DNA of 62,882 nucleotides, filler included, from an uncultured Methanosarcinales archaeon (GCA_964397315.1; 6 parts of 6 records of this genome joined end to end with filler, not necessarily neighbours in it), one strand, 5' to 3'. Counted from the first letter of the whole stretch, positions 35,635-46,124 are shown. Notes: a model not told the origin generated them from the letters alone. Program-made: numbers and translations.

Positions 35635-36739
35635 TGTTTGAATTATTTGTTTGGTTACAAGTCTCTTTTGGCGGGGATGGACATCCATAGTACTCTATTG
35701 CGTCATAAAGTTCCTTGTATATTCGATACTTCAAAATATCATTCTCGGCTTTCTCAAATTTATTTTTTAGAATCAAAAGCCCGTTTAAGTTGTTTTTGAT
35801 TCTTTTTATTCTTTCTTTTTCTTTATCCAGGAGCGTACCGTAACATTTCTCTTCAACAATTGGCTGATAGTATTTTTTATTTACCTTTTCAAAAAATGGT
35901 TCAACTTGAAAATATATACGGTTCAGAAAAGAAGTGTTGTAATCATATTCTATTTTGGCAGATTTCCGAATGTAACAATAAGCCAATAAACTTACTCTTA
36001 GCCAGCCTACTAATTGGAAATTTACTTGCTTTTCAATCTCGAACAAGTTTTTATTGATTTTACCTGGGGAGGGGCCGTTAATTGTTACTCCTTCTAACCA
36101 CTCATTCCCAAATGGGTACGCTTCATAATCCTCAATATTCTCTGCAGTTACTTCTGGTAAATCGATATTTAACAATTTTTCGTAAAAGTGTTTTCTAGTC
36201 GTTGGATAAAATAAATCCTTAACTCCTCTTGGAACTTCCTGAAATGCATAATATCCTACAAAAACCAAGTTCTTAAAACAGTTACAGATGTAGTCAAATG
36301 TATTGAATCTACCTGTTCCCAAGATTCCATTAAATATGGCTCCCCTTGATTTTTTATGCCCGAGGAACTCATCCGAAAAAAAACTCAGAAGGAGTAAAGG
36401 GTATTCCTTTAATATATATACAACAAATTTTTCACATTCTATGGAGTAGTTAAGGGTATTGCAAATCTCTTTTGCAAGCAATTCATAATTGATTGTGTTT
36501 TTAATATTCTTATCAAGTAGTCCTTTTTCCTTCAATCTACTAACCGCATTGGACATCTCGCCTACAGAAGAAAATAAACCAGAGAACCAACCCTCTTTAT
36601 ATAGGGAATATGCAGTATTATTTGGCTTTAGAATGTAAGATAAATATAGTTTTGCCAGCTTGGATTCTGTTTTTCCAGTCCAAAGAAGTTTCAAGGCAGG
36701 ATTTTCTGGTTTTAATTGTATAGCATTTTTTCTTTTCAT
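35621..36739 (-). CDS. Hypothetical protein, possible N-terminal wHTH
   Basis: 372 aa; AYSLYK...SNAVSRLKEKGLL; divergent from the small-ORF operon. Confidence 0.7.
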   Translation of the reverse strand: MKRKNAIQLKPENPALKLLWTGKTESKLAKLYLSYILKPNNTAYSLYKEGWFSGLFSSVGEMSNAVSRLKEKGLLDKNIKNTINYELLAKEICNTLNYSIECEKFVVYILKEYPLLLLSFFSDEFLGHKKSRGAIFNGILGTGRFNTFDYICNCFKNLVFVGYYAFQEVPRGVKDLFYPTTRKHFYEKLLNIDLPEVTAENIEDYEAYPFGNEWLEGVTINGPSPGKINKNLFEIEKQVNFQLVGWLRVSLLAYCYIRKSAKIEYDYNTSFLNRIYFQVEPFFEKVNKKYYQPIVEEKCYGTLLDKEKERIKRIKNNLNGLLILKNKFEKAENDILKYRIYKELYDAIEYYGCPSPPKETCNQTNNSNTNHS

Positions 36740-36798
36740 TACGTAATATAAGGATAAATGCTATATAAATCCTTCTACTAACTTAAAAACTATTCAAA

Positions 36799-36939
36799 AT
36801 GGCTAAAATTGTTAAATGCGCTGTTTGCGGTAAGAAGCACAAAATAATACATCAGGAAGCAACGTCTTTTCGGTGTTGCTCCTTGGAACAATCAATATCT
36901 GAGAATCTAATCGCAAAAGGCGTATCGAGGAATAAATGA
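36799..36939 (+). CDS. Small Zn-finger-like protein (46 aa)
   Basis: CAVC ... CC; ATGA-coupled to the next ORF. Confidence 0.6.
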   Translation: MAKIVKCAVCGKKHKIIHQEATSFRCCSLEQSISENLIAKGVSRNK

Positions 36940-37049
36940 AAAGACAAAAAAACCCAGCAGTTCCAGAGTGGAGCGCCTGGCTTAATCAACTTAAGAAAGA
37001 AGCTCTCGAGGAGTTAAAGAAAGAGCAGGAGGGGCGAGAAAAAAAATGA
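36936..37049 (+). CDS. Small hypothetical protein (37 aa)
   Basis: ATGA overlaps at both ends. Confidence 0.55.
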   Translation: MKRQKNPAVPEWSAWLNQLKKEALEELKKEQEGREKK

Positions 37050-37339
37050 GTGCAGGAGCAAAGGCCCCCGCGACTGCAGAGAGAGCTATGTCCCTGTCTC
37101 TTAATATAAATGCATCAGTGCTATCTTATAATTTGCATGAAATTATTCTCTCTGAACTAGTTTCAGAGTTTCCTGAAAAAACAAGGGGCGGACAGGTAAT
37201 AGATATCGTTGACATCTACACCCTGATTGGCCGTAGGCATGCCCTTTCAAAGCAGGATATTCGGGCCGTGCTTTCTGATTTATCTAATTTTTCTTCTAAA
37301 ATAATACATACTCCACGAGGGTTGACAATTAAGATATGA
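37046..37339 (+). CDS. Small hypothetical protein, possible wHTH
   Basis: 97 aa; ATGA overlaps at both ends. Confidence 0.65.
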   Translation: MSAGAKAPATAERAMSLSLNINASVLSYNLHEIILSELVSEFPEKTRGGQVIDIVDIYTLIGRRHALSKQDIRAVLSDLSNFSSKIIHTPRGLTIKI

Positions 37340-37545
37340 GCCGAAAAGAACTTTCTGAATATCAAATAGCAAAGCGCTGGATGGAGCGCAGACAAGAGCG
37401 AAATAGTTGTAAGGTTGAAATTACAAGTTGCTCTAATTGCGGTGCTAGATACTATTCTGTGCTTTCCGATTGCCCCTCTTGCACCAATGCTAAAATAAGG
37501 TTCGAATGCAGAGAAAAAGTAGAAGAAATAGGGGGCATCAAATGA
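37336..37545 (+). CDS. Small Zn-ribbon protein
   Basis: CSNC ... CPSC. Confidence 0.7.
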   Translation: MSRKELSEYQIAKRWMERRQERNSCKVEITSCSNCGARYYSVLSDCPSCTNAKIRFECREKVEEIGGIK

Positions 37546-39374
37546 GGGATAAGCGAAAATTTGGTGAGGGATGGGTTATATTGGAGATTAATGAAAAAGC
37601 TCCCGCCTTATTTAAAATTGTTTTCAGCAACGGAAGAGGCGACAGAAAGGAATTCGTCTGCAAAGAAATTGACGAAGAAGGAAGACAGGAAATTGTTGAC
37701 TATGTTATAGGAAAAGACTTTTTTGAAACAGAAAAACAAGCGAAGAAGCACACAGAAAAGATTTTAGAAGGTTTTGAAGATATAGTAAATTCTCTTATAT
37801 CTCAAAGAAACAAAGAACAAGAGAAACAGAAGAAACAAGAGAAACAACATATAAAAATCAATATACATGGCGGGGTTTATGGCAATTTAGTAGTTGAGCC
37901 GATTGGAAATAACAAGTATTTGATAAATAACAAGGGAAACAAGGAAATACAAGAAGTCCGAACACAACCAACGGAAAACGGAAGCATACTCGGTTATTAC
38001 TTGGAAATTGATGAGGAGAAATATTACTTCACAGATAAACCGTTATCAACAACTCTTTTTGAAACGCCGTCTATGGAAATTGTTGAAAAATATGTTAATG
38101 GAGAATATAAGGTTAAAAAAGAAGAAGAGATATCAGAGAGTGTTTTAACATACTTGAAATTACTTTATGATTTGGAAAAGGAGCAGTATTACCATATAAC
38201 ATTAATAGGCATATTACAGAGTTGGTTGCTCCCTATTCTCCGAACTGTGTTTTATCTCGGGTTCAGAGCAAAAAAAGGTTCAGGAAAGACCGTATTTTTA
38301 GAAGGCCTTTCAATTCTTTCAAGGCACGGCTTTTTAGTTGGAGACATCTCCCAGGCAGGCATAGCGAGAGCAACTGATAAACAGCAGTTAAGTTTATTTT
38401 ACGATGAGGTTGATATCAGGAAAGGACGGGATAATGAGGTCTACAAAGTTCTCAGACAGGGGTATAGGCGGGACAATCCTATTGTGCGATTGAGGGACAG
38501 AACATATGAACCAGAAAAATTTGACGCTTTCGGATTTAAAGCATTTACTTGGCATTCGGACACAGAAGCGGCCCTGCTTTCTCGGACAATCCCTATATCG
38601 ATGAGAGCAACAAAAGACAAGGCACTTCCTATTCTAAACATGCACAAGAAGGAATTAGGGCGGCGTATTTTTGAAGACTTATTTTTCTGGTATATGGATA
38701 ATATAGCAAAACTTGTTGCCTCAGTTTCTCCTGTTTCGTTTCTTTCCCGTATTTCAGAAGGTAAGGGCAAGGACATAAAACAACTTAGAAATGAGCTATT
38801 TGAAGAGATAACAGCCGATTTTAATAAAAATGAGATTGAATTACTTTCAAAATATTTCGGAAGAAATACCGAGTTGCTGTTTATCTCGTTAATGGTTTGC
38901 AAGCATTTTAACTTAGATTTAACTGAAATACTTGAAAAGACCTTTAATGAGAAAGCAGAGGAAGAAGAAGGATATTCAGAGGATTATTATATATCCCTGC
39001 TAAGTGGTCTTTTGGAAGATATTTTTGAGGAATATAAAGAAACAACTTCATTCTGGTTGCAAAAGGGAGAACATATTGGTTGTTTTTATTTCAGATATCA
39101 ATCCGTTTATGAGAAATATAGGGAAAAGTTGAAGAGTAAAGACATAAGGCCCGTTTCCCCTAAAACATTTAAGAGTTTCTTGCGGGAATTTGGCTTTGCT
39201 GAGAATATTAACATAAAGAAAGAGCGTTTTAAGACAGGAAATAGTTCTAAAACTCTAAAAGCGTTAATTTTTGACACTCAAATAATGAACGAACTTAATT
39301 TAGAAAAACCAGAGAACGCTCCAACAATTAAAAAATTAGACGGAGTCCCCCAGGCGGAGGTCAATGATGCCTAA
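37542..39374 (+). CDS. P-loop ATPase, probable replication helicase of the element
   Basis: Walker A AKKGSGKT, Walker B LFYDE, LLSR (Arg-finger-like), C-terminal wHTH-like region. Confidence 0.75.
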   Translation: MRDKRKFGEGWVILEINEKAPALFKIVFSNGRGDRKEFVCKEIDEEGRQEIVDYVIGKDFFETEKQAKKHTEKILEGFEDIVNSLISQRNKEQEKQKKQEKQHIKINIHGGVYGNLVVEPIGNNKYLINNKGNKEIQEVRTQPTENGSILGYYLEIDEEKYYFTDKPLSTTLFETPSMEIVEKYVNGEYKVKKEEEISESVLTYLKLLYDLEKEQYYHITLIGILQSWLLPILRTVFYLGFRAKKGSGKTVFLEGLSILSRHGFLVGDISQAGIARATDKQQLSLFYDEVDIRKGRDNEVYKVLRQGYRRDNPIVRLRDRTYEPEKFDAFGFKAFTWHSDTEAALLSRTIPISMRATKDKALPILNMHKKELGRRIFEDLFFWYMDNIAKLVASVSPVSFLSRISEGKGKDIKQLRNELFEEITADFNKNEIELLSKYFGRNTELLFISLMVCKHFNLDLTEILEKTFNEKAEEEEGYSEDYYISLLSGLLEDIFEEYKETTSFWLQKGEHIGCFYFRYQSVYEKYREKLKSKDIRPVSPKTFKSFLREFGFAENINIKKERFKTGNSSKTLKALIFDTQIMNELNLEKPENAPTIKKLDGVPQAEVNDA

Positions 39375-39666
39375 ACAAGAAACCTGCAAAGCAAAAGACG
39401 AAATTTCAAAGGTATCTGAAGAGCTTACTGAACAAGGCGTCAAAAAGGTACGAATGTGGCTCATTAAGGAGCTCATGAGGACCATGGACTACGCCTCGAA
39501 CAAAGTCCATAACTACTGCAGGCCCAAAAGTGACAAGATAAAGTGGGCCCGATTGCAGGGATATACTGCTCAAACACTTGCATCCATACTGAAAGATGCA
39601 GAGATTGAAGAAATAAAACAAAAATTGGAGGTACTTGAAAATGCAATCAATAAAGAAAAAAATTGA
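39364..39666 (+). CDS. Small coiled-coil protein
   Basis: EIEEIKQKLEVLE; overlaps neighbours. Confidence 0.7.
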   Translation: MMPKQETCKAKDEISKVSEELTEQGVKKVRMWLIKELMRTMDYASNKVHNYCRPKSDKIKWARLQGYTAQTLASILKDAEIEEIKQKLEVLENAINKEKN

Positions 39667-40090
39667 AAATATAGAGGACAACTTGTCCAAAGAGGAATTC
39701 TTTGATCTTTGGATAGAAACCTGCAAAGCAGTGGCTAGAAAGGAGCTGCCCGAGCAGAGCATATATGGCCTGGCAAAGAAAATGCCAGTGGAACACCACT
39801 ATTATTTCCTAAGAATGCTTTTGGATAGGTTTGCAGAGAACGTAAGATTACTCTTGCTTGCATATTACGAAGAAAAGAAGGCAGGAAGGTCCTATTTGTA
39901 TCAGTATATGAAGTTGGCATCACTATCCAACTTGCTCTCTGAAAAAGATAAAATAGAGGCATTAAAATTGTGCGATATCTGCAGGGAAAAAACCAAAAAG
40001 GGTTTTGGAATTGATTTGCAAGAAGGTTATGTATCTGACGAGAAATATATTGAAGAGTTTGAAGAGAGGTTGGGGATTAGAAAACAGTAA
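39641..40090 (+). CDS. Hypothetical protein
   Basis: About 149 aa; overlaps the upstream ORF. Confidence 0.7.
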   Translation: MQSIKKKIENIEDNLSKEEFFDLWIETCKAVARKELPEQSIYGLAKKMPVEHHYYFLRMLLDRFAENVRLLLLAYYEEKKAGRSYLYQYMKLASLSNLLSEKDKIEALKLCDICREKTKKGFGIDLQEGYVSDEKYIEEFEERLGIRKQ

Positions 40091-40119
40091 CTGTAATTGA
40101 TTTTTTTGAATTCATTTAA

Positions 40120-41124
40120 TCAAAAGAATTTATCATCAATGCCTTTAACAATATCTCCAGCCAGTGATGACCATCTATCATATTCTCCATCGGCCACAGA
40201 TACTATAAAGAGAATATTTCTGTTTATACAATAAAATTTAGTTATGTCATAAAAGCCTGCAGAGGACTTAACTCCAAAACATTCGGAATCAGTTCTAATT
40301 GTTTTTTCTGTATATCCTCCTTTTTCAACAATCAAGGTAACGGTTGCATCGTAAGCTTTTTTAGCATCATCTTTGGTAGAATATTCGATGGAGATTACTT
40401 TTAATTCAACAAACGAAAGATCAACTACCCTGGTAAAACTCCGTTTATAAGCTTTAACATATCCTGAGGATTTATAAATCTCACCAACATCTTCATTTGG
40501 AATCTCAACAGAATCTTTTCTAACAAATTCAGTTGGTACACTATCTGCAATATCCAGGATATCTCCTGCATTAAGCAATATTTCGCATTCTCTTTCTTCT
40601 GTCTTTTGAGCTGGTTCTGCGCATTCATTCAAATCTGAACAAGAGCGGGTTTGAATACCAGGAATTTCACACTCGCTCCATTCACCGCAGTCCCAGTTGG
40701 TTTTGCATGCCTCACAATTCTGGGTTTCAGTTTTTTGAATATTAGTTGGATTACATTGGTTAAGATCGAGGCAAGTTCTCGTTTGCTCTCCTTCAATATT
40801 ACAAGTTGACCATTCACTGCAATTCCAATTGGGTGTGCAAGGATTCTTAGTTTCAAATTCAGAAGTGCTGAAACCGTATATGAATAACGCTGGTATGAGA
40901 ATTATTCCAATAAACATAAGAATCTTCTTAGATACATGTATATCCAATTTTTTTAAGAAATTACGAATATTTGGAATTAATAACAAGGAGACTGCAATCA
41001 TTAGAACCCCTATTTTAAGGTTGCCTAACATCAGAACTACACCAAAAAAAGATCCTAGTATTCCACCCGCCCAACTCAAAATTAGGTCAACTGTTATTTT
41101 CTTTTTTGATTTTTTCTTAGCCAT
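40120..41124 (-). CDS. Membrane protein with two TSP1-like Cys/Trp repeats
   Basis: 3 TM, then CTPNWNCSEWSTC...QTRTC and CKTNWDCGEWSEC...QTRSC. Confidence 0.8.
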   Translation of the reverse strand: MAKKKSKKKITVDLILSWAGGILGSFFGVVLMLGNLKIGVLMIAVSLLLIPNIRNFLKKLDIHVSKKILMFIGIILIPALFIYGFSTSEFETKNPCTPNWNCSEWSTCNIEGEQTRTCLDLNQCNPTNIQKTETQNCEACKTNWDCGEWSECEIPGIQTRSCSDLNECAEPAQKTEERECEILLNAGDILDIADSVPTEFVRKDSVEIPNEDVGEIYKSSGYVKAYKRSFTRVVDLSFVELKVISIEYSTKDDAKKAYDATVTLIVEKGGYTEKTIRTDSECFGVKSSAGFYDITKFYCINRNILFIVSVADGEYDRWSSLAGDIVKGIDDKFF

Positions 41125-41172
41125 TATCTGGATTACTCTAATGAACTCTTTGTATATAGTCGAATATTATTG

Positions 41173-41502
41173 CTAAGCTTTCCTAACAATTGCAAGTATC
41201 CCACCAATTACCAGAAGCGGTGCTGCAATTATGTAAGCAAGCGAAACTGCTACGAGGCCAACTATTCCTGCTCCGATCATCAACCCACCAGAAACTTTGG
41301 TGTGCGAGTTAACAATCGCAGCCCCAACAATTCCTACTATAGATGCAATTATTGCAAGAAATCCAAGGCCAACAATCATTCCTGCGTCTGCAGCTCCAAA
41401 AGCTCCAGCAAGTCCTCCAGCAAATATAGCAAAGACGCCTCCGATTAAACCAAAGATTCCTCCAATTATTCCAAGCACCATTTCTACTGTTCTTTTAGCC
41501 AT
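41173..41502 (-). CDS. DUF4064-like Gly/Ala-rich membrane protein
   Basis: KRTVEMVLGIIGGIFGLIGG; about four TM; SD GGAGGTGA. Confidence 0.75.
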   Translation of the reverse strand: MAKRTVEMVLGIIGGIFGLIGGVFAIFAGGLAGAFGAADAGMIVGLGFLAIIASIVGIVGAAIVNSHTKVSGGLMIGAGIVGLVAVSLAYIIAAPLLVIGGILAIVRKA

Positions 41503-41513
41503 TTTCACCTCCC

Positions 41514-42092
41514 TTACAAACCGTTTAGATAGACAGAGTCGTCTAAAGCTACAAATGACTTGCCGTCAGGCGTAGTCAAATTTACTTTAACACAACCTGT
41601 TTTAAATTCGTCACTTGTAACCTGATAGGTTTTGTACTCAGCTCTAATAGTTGCTCCCCACATGTCATAGTTCTCTGTGGTTAGTGGCACAGTCATAGTT
41701 TCTATCAAATACTCGTCTTCCATTACACAAGAAGTATCCATACAGGATCCGTACAGATATTCTGTGCACTTTGGCTGCCATATTTTAACTACAACCGTTC
41801 CAGGAGTTTCTACTAACTTGCCATTTCTGTCTTCAGGATTGAGGGTAAATTCCAGGCCATCTACTTCTGCATCTGCATCCCAATTTTCAGCAGTTATGAA
41901 AACATCTCCAATTGTTTGAACTTTTGGCAATGTCTCTTCTGGTTCTGATGCAACATCTTCCGTTTCGGTTGCTCCAGAATTGCTGTTTTGTTCGGGTTCA
42001 TTTGTATATGCAGTTTCGCTAGTACATCCTGCTATAGCTATAACTCCTACAAGAACAAGTGCTAAGGTGATTTTTGTATAGTTTTTATTCAT
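41514..42092 (-). CDS. Putative lipoprotein
   Basis: Signal peptide ending IAGC, acidic linker. Confidence 0.75.
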   Translation of the reverse strand: MNKNYTKITLALVLVGVIAIAGCTSETAYTNEPEQNSNSGATETEDVASEPEETLPKVQTIGDVFITAENWDADAEVDGLEFTLNPEDRNGKLVETPGTVVVKIWQPKCTEYLYGSCMDTSCVMEDEYLIETMTVPLTTENYDMWGATIRAEYKTYQVTSDEFKTGCVKVNLTTPDGKSFVALDDSVYLNGL

Positions 42093-42159
42093 TTTTCTAG
42101 GATTACATAGTCAATTCATTTTAAATAGGTTTTTATAGAAAGATAACCAAAAAGAATTA

Positions 42160-42612
42160 ATGGAGTTAGTACCAGTAATATTTATTGGAGTCGGAATATT
42201 ATTTTCTATAGCAATTACATTATTTATAATCAAAAAGAGAGAGCCTGCAATATGGAATGCACTTACAAAAAATATTAGAGAGGAGTTATTGGGCTATAAG
42301 GAGTTTTTTAAATCAAAACCCAAAAAGCAGGAAGCACTATCTAAACAAAAACCAGTTGAAGTAGCTGTTAAATACTGTCCAGCATGTGGAGTTGAAGCAC
42401 AATCAGGAGATTCCTATTGTAGTAATTGTAGTGCAAAACTTAGGAAAGTTCCAGCATTAACACAAAAACAGAGAAATGAACAGGCCCTAGGTAGAATAGT
42501 GTTGGTGATAATCTGTATAATCATTATGTATTTTGCTCTAAGGTATGCATACAATACTTTACTGTCTTTACCAGATTTAGAATTTGTTATAAGCTCCAAA
42601 CCTATACCTTAA
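42160..42612 (+). CDS. Zinc-ribbon membrane protein
   Basis: TM - YCPACG...YCSNCS - TM. Confidence 0.78.
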   Translation: MELVPVIFIGVGILFSIAITLFIIKKREPAIWNALTKNIREELLGYKEFFKSKPKKQEALSKQKPVEVAVKYCPACGVEAQSGDSYCSNCSAKLRKVPALTQKQRNEQALGRIVLVIICIIIMYFALRYAYNTLLSLPDLEFVISSKPIP

Positions 42613-42709
42613 TTTCTAATTGAGAAAAATCTTGATATTTTCTTGCTATTTTAAAGAGTTTTCTAATGTTGCAATAGTTTTAAGTAATTCAATTACAAAT
42701 AGGACTAAA

Positions 42710-43267
42710 ATGAATAAGTCAAATCAGTTTATTTTAGTGTTTATATTATTAGGTTTGTTTGCAAGTAGTGGTTGTTTGAGTAACACTGGAACTACTTCAG
42801 TAAGTGATGTTGTTTTAAATCCTGAGAAGTACGAAGGTGAAAATATAACTTTGAAAGGACATCCTTATAGTTACTATCCTAAATTTGGGCTAAGTTTTGA
42901 TAAGAATCTAAAATATGTTCTTAAGGCCGAAGATGAAGAAGGAAAACCACATCGCATCTATTTAGATTATGAGCGTTTTTATTGTGATAAATGTGAAATG
43001 ACTGGAGTTATTAAAAGTGTTACAAGATGCTTCTGTAGTTGTATATATAATAGTACTTGTATTTCCACTGGTTCAAAGGCCATGACAATGGGCCCGTATC
43101 CTGTGCATCATATGGAACAAGAAGTATGCATGAAGATGAATGAAGTTACTATTAAAGAAATAGCAGGGTGTGATCAATACAAGACTCAAAAAACATGTAC
43201 TTGCGCAGAAAATTCTATAACTACTGACTATTATTTTGATGTTGAAAAAGTTGTAAAGATTGAATAG
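42710..43267 (+). CDS. Putative Cys-rich lipoprotein (OB-fold-like)
   Basis: SSGC lipobox; VSDVVLNPEKYEGENITLKG. Confidence 0.7.
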   Translation: MNKSNQFILVFILLGLFASSGCLSNTGTTSVSDVVLNPEKYEGENITLKGHPYSYYPKFGLSFDKNLKYVLKAEDEEGKPHRIYLDYERFYCDKCEMTGVIKSVTRCFCSCIYNSTCISTGSKAMTMGPYPVHHMEQEVCMKMNEVTIKEIAGCDQYKTQKTCTCAENSITTDYYFDVEKVVKIE

Positions 43268-43316
43268 AAATTGAAAAGAATAAATATAAACGTTCTGAAA
43301 TTAATAAGGGGAAAAT

Positions 43317-44261
43317 ATGCATCAAAATATAAAAGGCGATCTTAACAAAATAGCAAAGACTATCTCTAGCTTATTTTTGATATGTACATTTCTGTTTATC
43401 CTGTTTAGTTTTCTTGGGGGGTATACTTTATCTCCTGCAGGAGAGTACAGAGAATTGGCTACTGAACGCACTAAAAACTCTTTTTTTGAATATGATATTA
43501 TTTTAATAAATTCTGGATTTTTTTCAATTAAAAACTTCAACTTGTATTTAGATTCTTCTTCATGTGGTTGCGCATTTTATGATCCAGAATTAGTTGTCCA
43601 AGAACTAGTTAAAGGTAATTGCAGTTTGACGTCACACGCATTTGGAAATAGAATTAACGTGTATTGTGAAGAAGTATATAAGTTAGGCGAAATAGGCTTA
43701 AAAATGAAAGGGTCCCGAATAGGATCTGAAAATTGTAGCGTTCCAATTAAATATACCTTTGACCCTTACGTGATACCTTTTCCGCTTACTAAAACGGCTA
43801 ATGTAAAATTCATAAAAGCATCCTCTATTTGTGGGGATGGTATTTGTGATGTAAGAGAGTTACAACCTGAGCGTTGTCATATCGATTGCGGTTGTACGGA
43901 AAGTGAAGTTTTTTTTAATAATAGTTGCTGGGGAGAAACCGTAAATATAACACTGTTTAAGCCAATAAATGAAACTTTTTATGAAGGAGAATATGCAAAT
44001 ATTAGCATTAGCGTAATAAATACGAAAGATACTCCCTTTTCTTTTGTTGTAAATTGGTACGGTCCTGATGGGAATCTAAGGGGCAACTGGGTTAATAAAT
44101 CTGACAGATACGTTGGTATAAATTCTTGGAATGCTTGGCATCCAGTTTCTGAAAGTGGTATATGGACTGTAGAAATTATTTTAGATTATGATAATAAAAC
44201 AATAAAAAAAACTATTTCAGTTAAAGTTGCACAGGAGGGTGTAACAAATGTTTGGTTATAA
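43317..44261 (+). CDS. Membrane-anchored surface protein with Cys-rich CGDGIC motif and Ig-like C-terminus
   Basis: N-terminal TM; CGDGICD...CHIDC; WYGPDG...SGIWTVEI. Confidence 0.75.
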   Translation: MHQNIKGDLNKIAKTISSLFLICTFLFILFSFLGGYTLSPAGEYRELATERTKNSFFEYDIILINSGFFSIKNFNLYLDSSSCGCAFYDPELVVQELVKGNCSLTSHAFGNRINVYCEEVYKLGEIGLKMKGSRIGSENCSVPIKYTFDPYVIPFPLTKTANVKFIKASSICGDGICDVRELQPERCHIDCGCTESEVFFNNSCWGETVNITLFKPINETFYEGEYANISISVINTKDTPFSFVVNWYGPDGNLRGNWVNKSDRYVGINSWNAWHPVSESGIWTVEIILDYDNKTIKKTISVKVAQEGVTNVWL

Positions 44262-44354
44262 TATATGGGCCGTTTTATAAATGATATATTATCGGCAGTT
44301 TGGAGGAATAGTTTTATATTTCTTTTATAAATCCTTTAAATTAAATCTCGAAAG

Positions 44355-44564
44355 ATGGAAGAAATAATTGAAATAATCACAGAATATGGTGCAGCGACGT
44401 TTATTGCTTATATTGGGAATAAGATAATTGGAGCAATCGCAGCAGAAACAGTTTGTCCTGAACAGGTTCTTTTATGCTTCAGTACAACTCACCCAATCAT
44501 GGCAGCAATTACCTATGGAACACTTATCTGGGCAGGCTTCCAGGCTTTAAAGGGTGCTGTATGA
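44355..44564 (+). CDS. Small membrane protein
   Basis: 69 aa, two hydrophobic segments; TATA-like TTTATAAA about 25 nt upstream. Confidence 0.6.
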   Translation: MEEIIEIITEYGAATFIAYIGNKIIGAIAAETVCPEQVLLCFSTTHPIMAAITYGTLIWAGFQALKGAV

Positions 44565-44733
44565 GGTCAAAACAATAAATAACTGCTATAATATCGAATT
44601 ATATACTCTAAAAACCATCTCCAGAAGCTGAAAAAGTTTGAATTGCTGAAAGGGCATTCTGGTTACTGGGCTTTTGTTGGTGCAATTACTGGAGTTTAGA
44701 CAGGTATTCAAATAGTGATGGGGGATTAAATCG

Positions 44734-45999
44734 CTATTTAGAGAGTAGATCAGGATTCTCCTTTAGCACTTCTTTCATAACTTCTTTAAACATCTCTCTT
44801 CCGTTTTCCATATTTTCAATTTTATCCTTAATCTTGTTCATCAATTCATTATCTTGTTCTCTTTCCTGATGAATTGCATATGCTTTTTCGCTGTCAAGAG
44901 CTGAATAACACCTTATACAAACGCCTGCACCTACGGGATTTTTTGCTCCACAGCGAGGACAGGTTGCTGGCTCAAGCTTGCTTTTCTCTTTAACTTTCTC
45001 GCCGTTATCGGTCTCTATGCCATTTGCACTTAGTACTGCTCTTTTCAACTGCTCTGGCTTGACATCGTTGTAAATCTTTAACATTTTTGAGTCATTTTCC
45101 CAGCCGTACTTTGCTTTAAGCATTTGGTCGGACATGGAACTATTCTCAATATCTTTTCTTACAGCAGTCCTTCTGAATGTATGAAAACCACCTTTTTTCT
45201 CAATTCCTGCCCTTTCGAACGCCCTCCCAACAGCATTCCTTAGTGTACTGTAGCTAAGATGTTTTATTGCATCTCTCTTAACATTGCAGAAAAGTGGAGC
45301 TTCTGGGTCTTTGGGCTTTGGATGCGACTCTTCAAGGTACCTGATCATGTCTGGAAGCGACTTAACCAAATATACGTTTCTGTGTCCTGTTTTTGTATCC
45401 GCTGGAACATTTACTTCTGCATACTGTTGATCTATTTTAACATGTTTTAACTTTAAAATTTGAAGTTCTGATATTCTTAACCCGCTCTCTGCAAGCATTA
45501 TTATCAGCAGCCTATCTCTGTAGTTTCTTGCTCCTTCCATCGCCTTTAGTATTTCTTCTTCAGTATAGTCAGGCCTTTCAACATCAGTCTCCATTCTAAG
45601 GTTTTCTTTTGTAAACACCCCTCCTTTTACACAGTCAGGATGTCCTTCTTCTATATCATATAGCCATCGATAGAACTTCCTGAAAGTATGCAGAGTGACA
45701 ACCTTAGTATTGTGTTTGAAGTTCTTACTGTTGATATAGTCGACAAAGTCCTCTTTTGTTGCTTCCTTGAATGGTTTTTCTAAGAAGACAGCAAGGTCTT
45801 CCAGTCTTCTTAAGGTCGCTCCTCTTGTCCCCCATTTCAGTCCTTCTGCTCTGGCTAAGTTATCATATTTTTTAAGTTGGTTTAGTTGCACTTCTGATAG
45901 CTTATCTTTTTTATTATTCAGGATGCTCTTCGCTGTTTGATACAAGTGTTTTTCAAACACTCGAGGTTCTTGGTCTTCTGTTTTCAATTTTTGACTCAT
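44734..45999 (-). CDS. Tyrosine recombinase/integrase with C-terminal Zn ribbon
   Basis: SGLRISEL (R), KTG (K), HTFRR (HxxR), YGW, IY (Y); CPRC...CIRC. Confidence 0.93.
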   Translation of the reverse strand: MSQKLKTEDQEPRVFEKHLYQTAKSILNNKKDKLSEVQLNQLKKYDNLARAEGLKWGTRGATLRRLEDLAVFLEKPFKEATKEDFVDYINSKNFKHNTKVVTLHTFRKFYRWLYDIEEGHPDCVKGGVFTKENLRMETDVERPDYTEEEILKAMEGARNYRDRLLIIMLAESGLRISELQILKLKHVKIDQQYAEVNVPADTKTGHRNVYLVKSLPDMIRYLEESHPKPKDPEAPLFCNVKRDAIKHLSYSTLRNAVGRAFERAGIEKKGGFHTFRRTAVRKDIENSSMSDQMLKAKYGWENDSKMLKIYNDVKPEQLKRAVLSANGIETDNGEKVKEKSKLEPATCPRCGAKNPVGAGVCIRCYSALDSEKAYAIHQEREQDNELMNKIKDKIENMENGREMFKEVMKEVLKENPDLLSK

Positions 46000-46124
46000 A
46001 TTTATCACCTTTTTATTCAAACCCTCGCTTTTTATACATGCATTAAAACCTTACCCAATCACCTCAAGTTTTATATCTTACTTACTCTTACTTTTTACAT
46101 ATGAAACATAATCTCAGAAAAGAA

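Larger units (their letters stand above)
35303..46124. mobile_element. AT-rich integrative element (plasmid/provirus-like); ends not captured
   Basis: Tyrosine integrase, P-loop ATPase, AbrB-like regulator, chain of coupled small ORFs; no housekeeping genes; composition differs from the other contigs. Confidence 0.8.

Noticed and set aside
35303..46124. Complete provirus
   Set aside because: No capsid, portal, terminase or packaging ATPase recognised; att sites not visible
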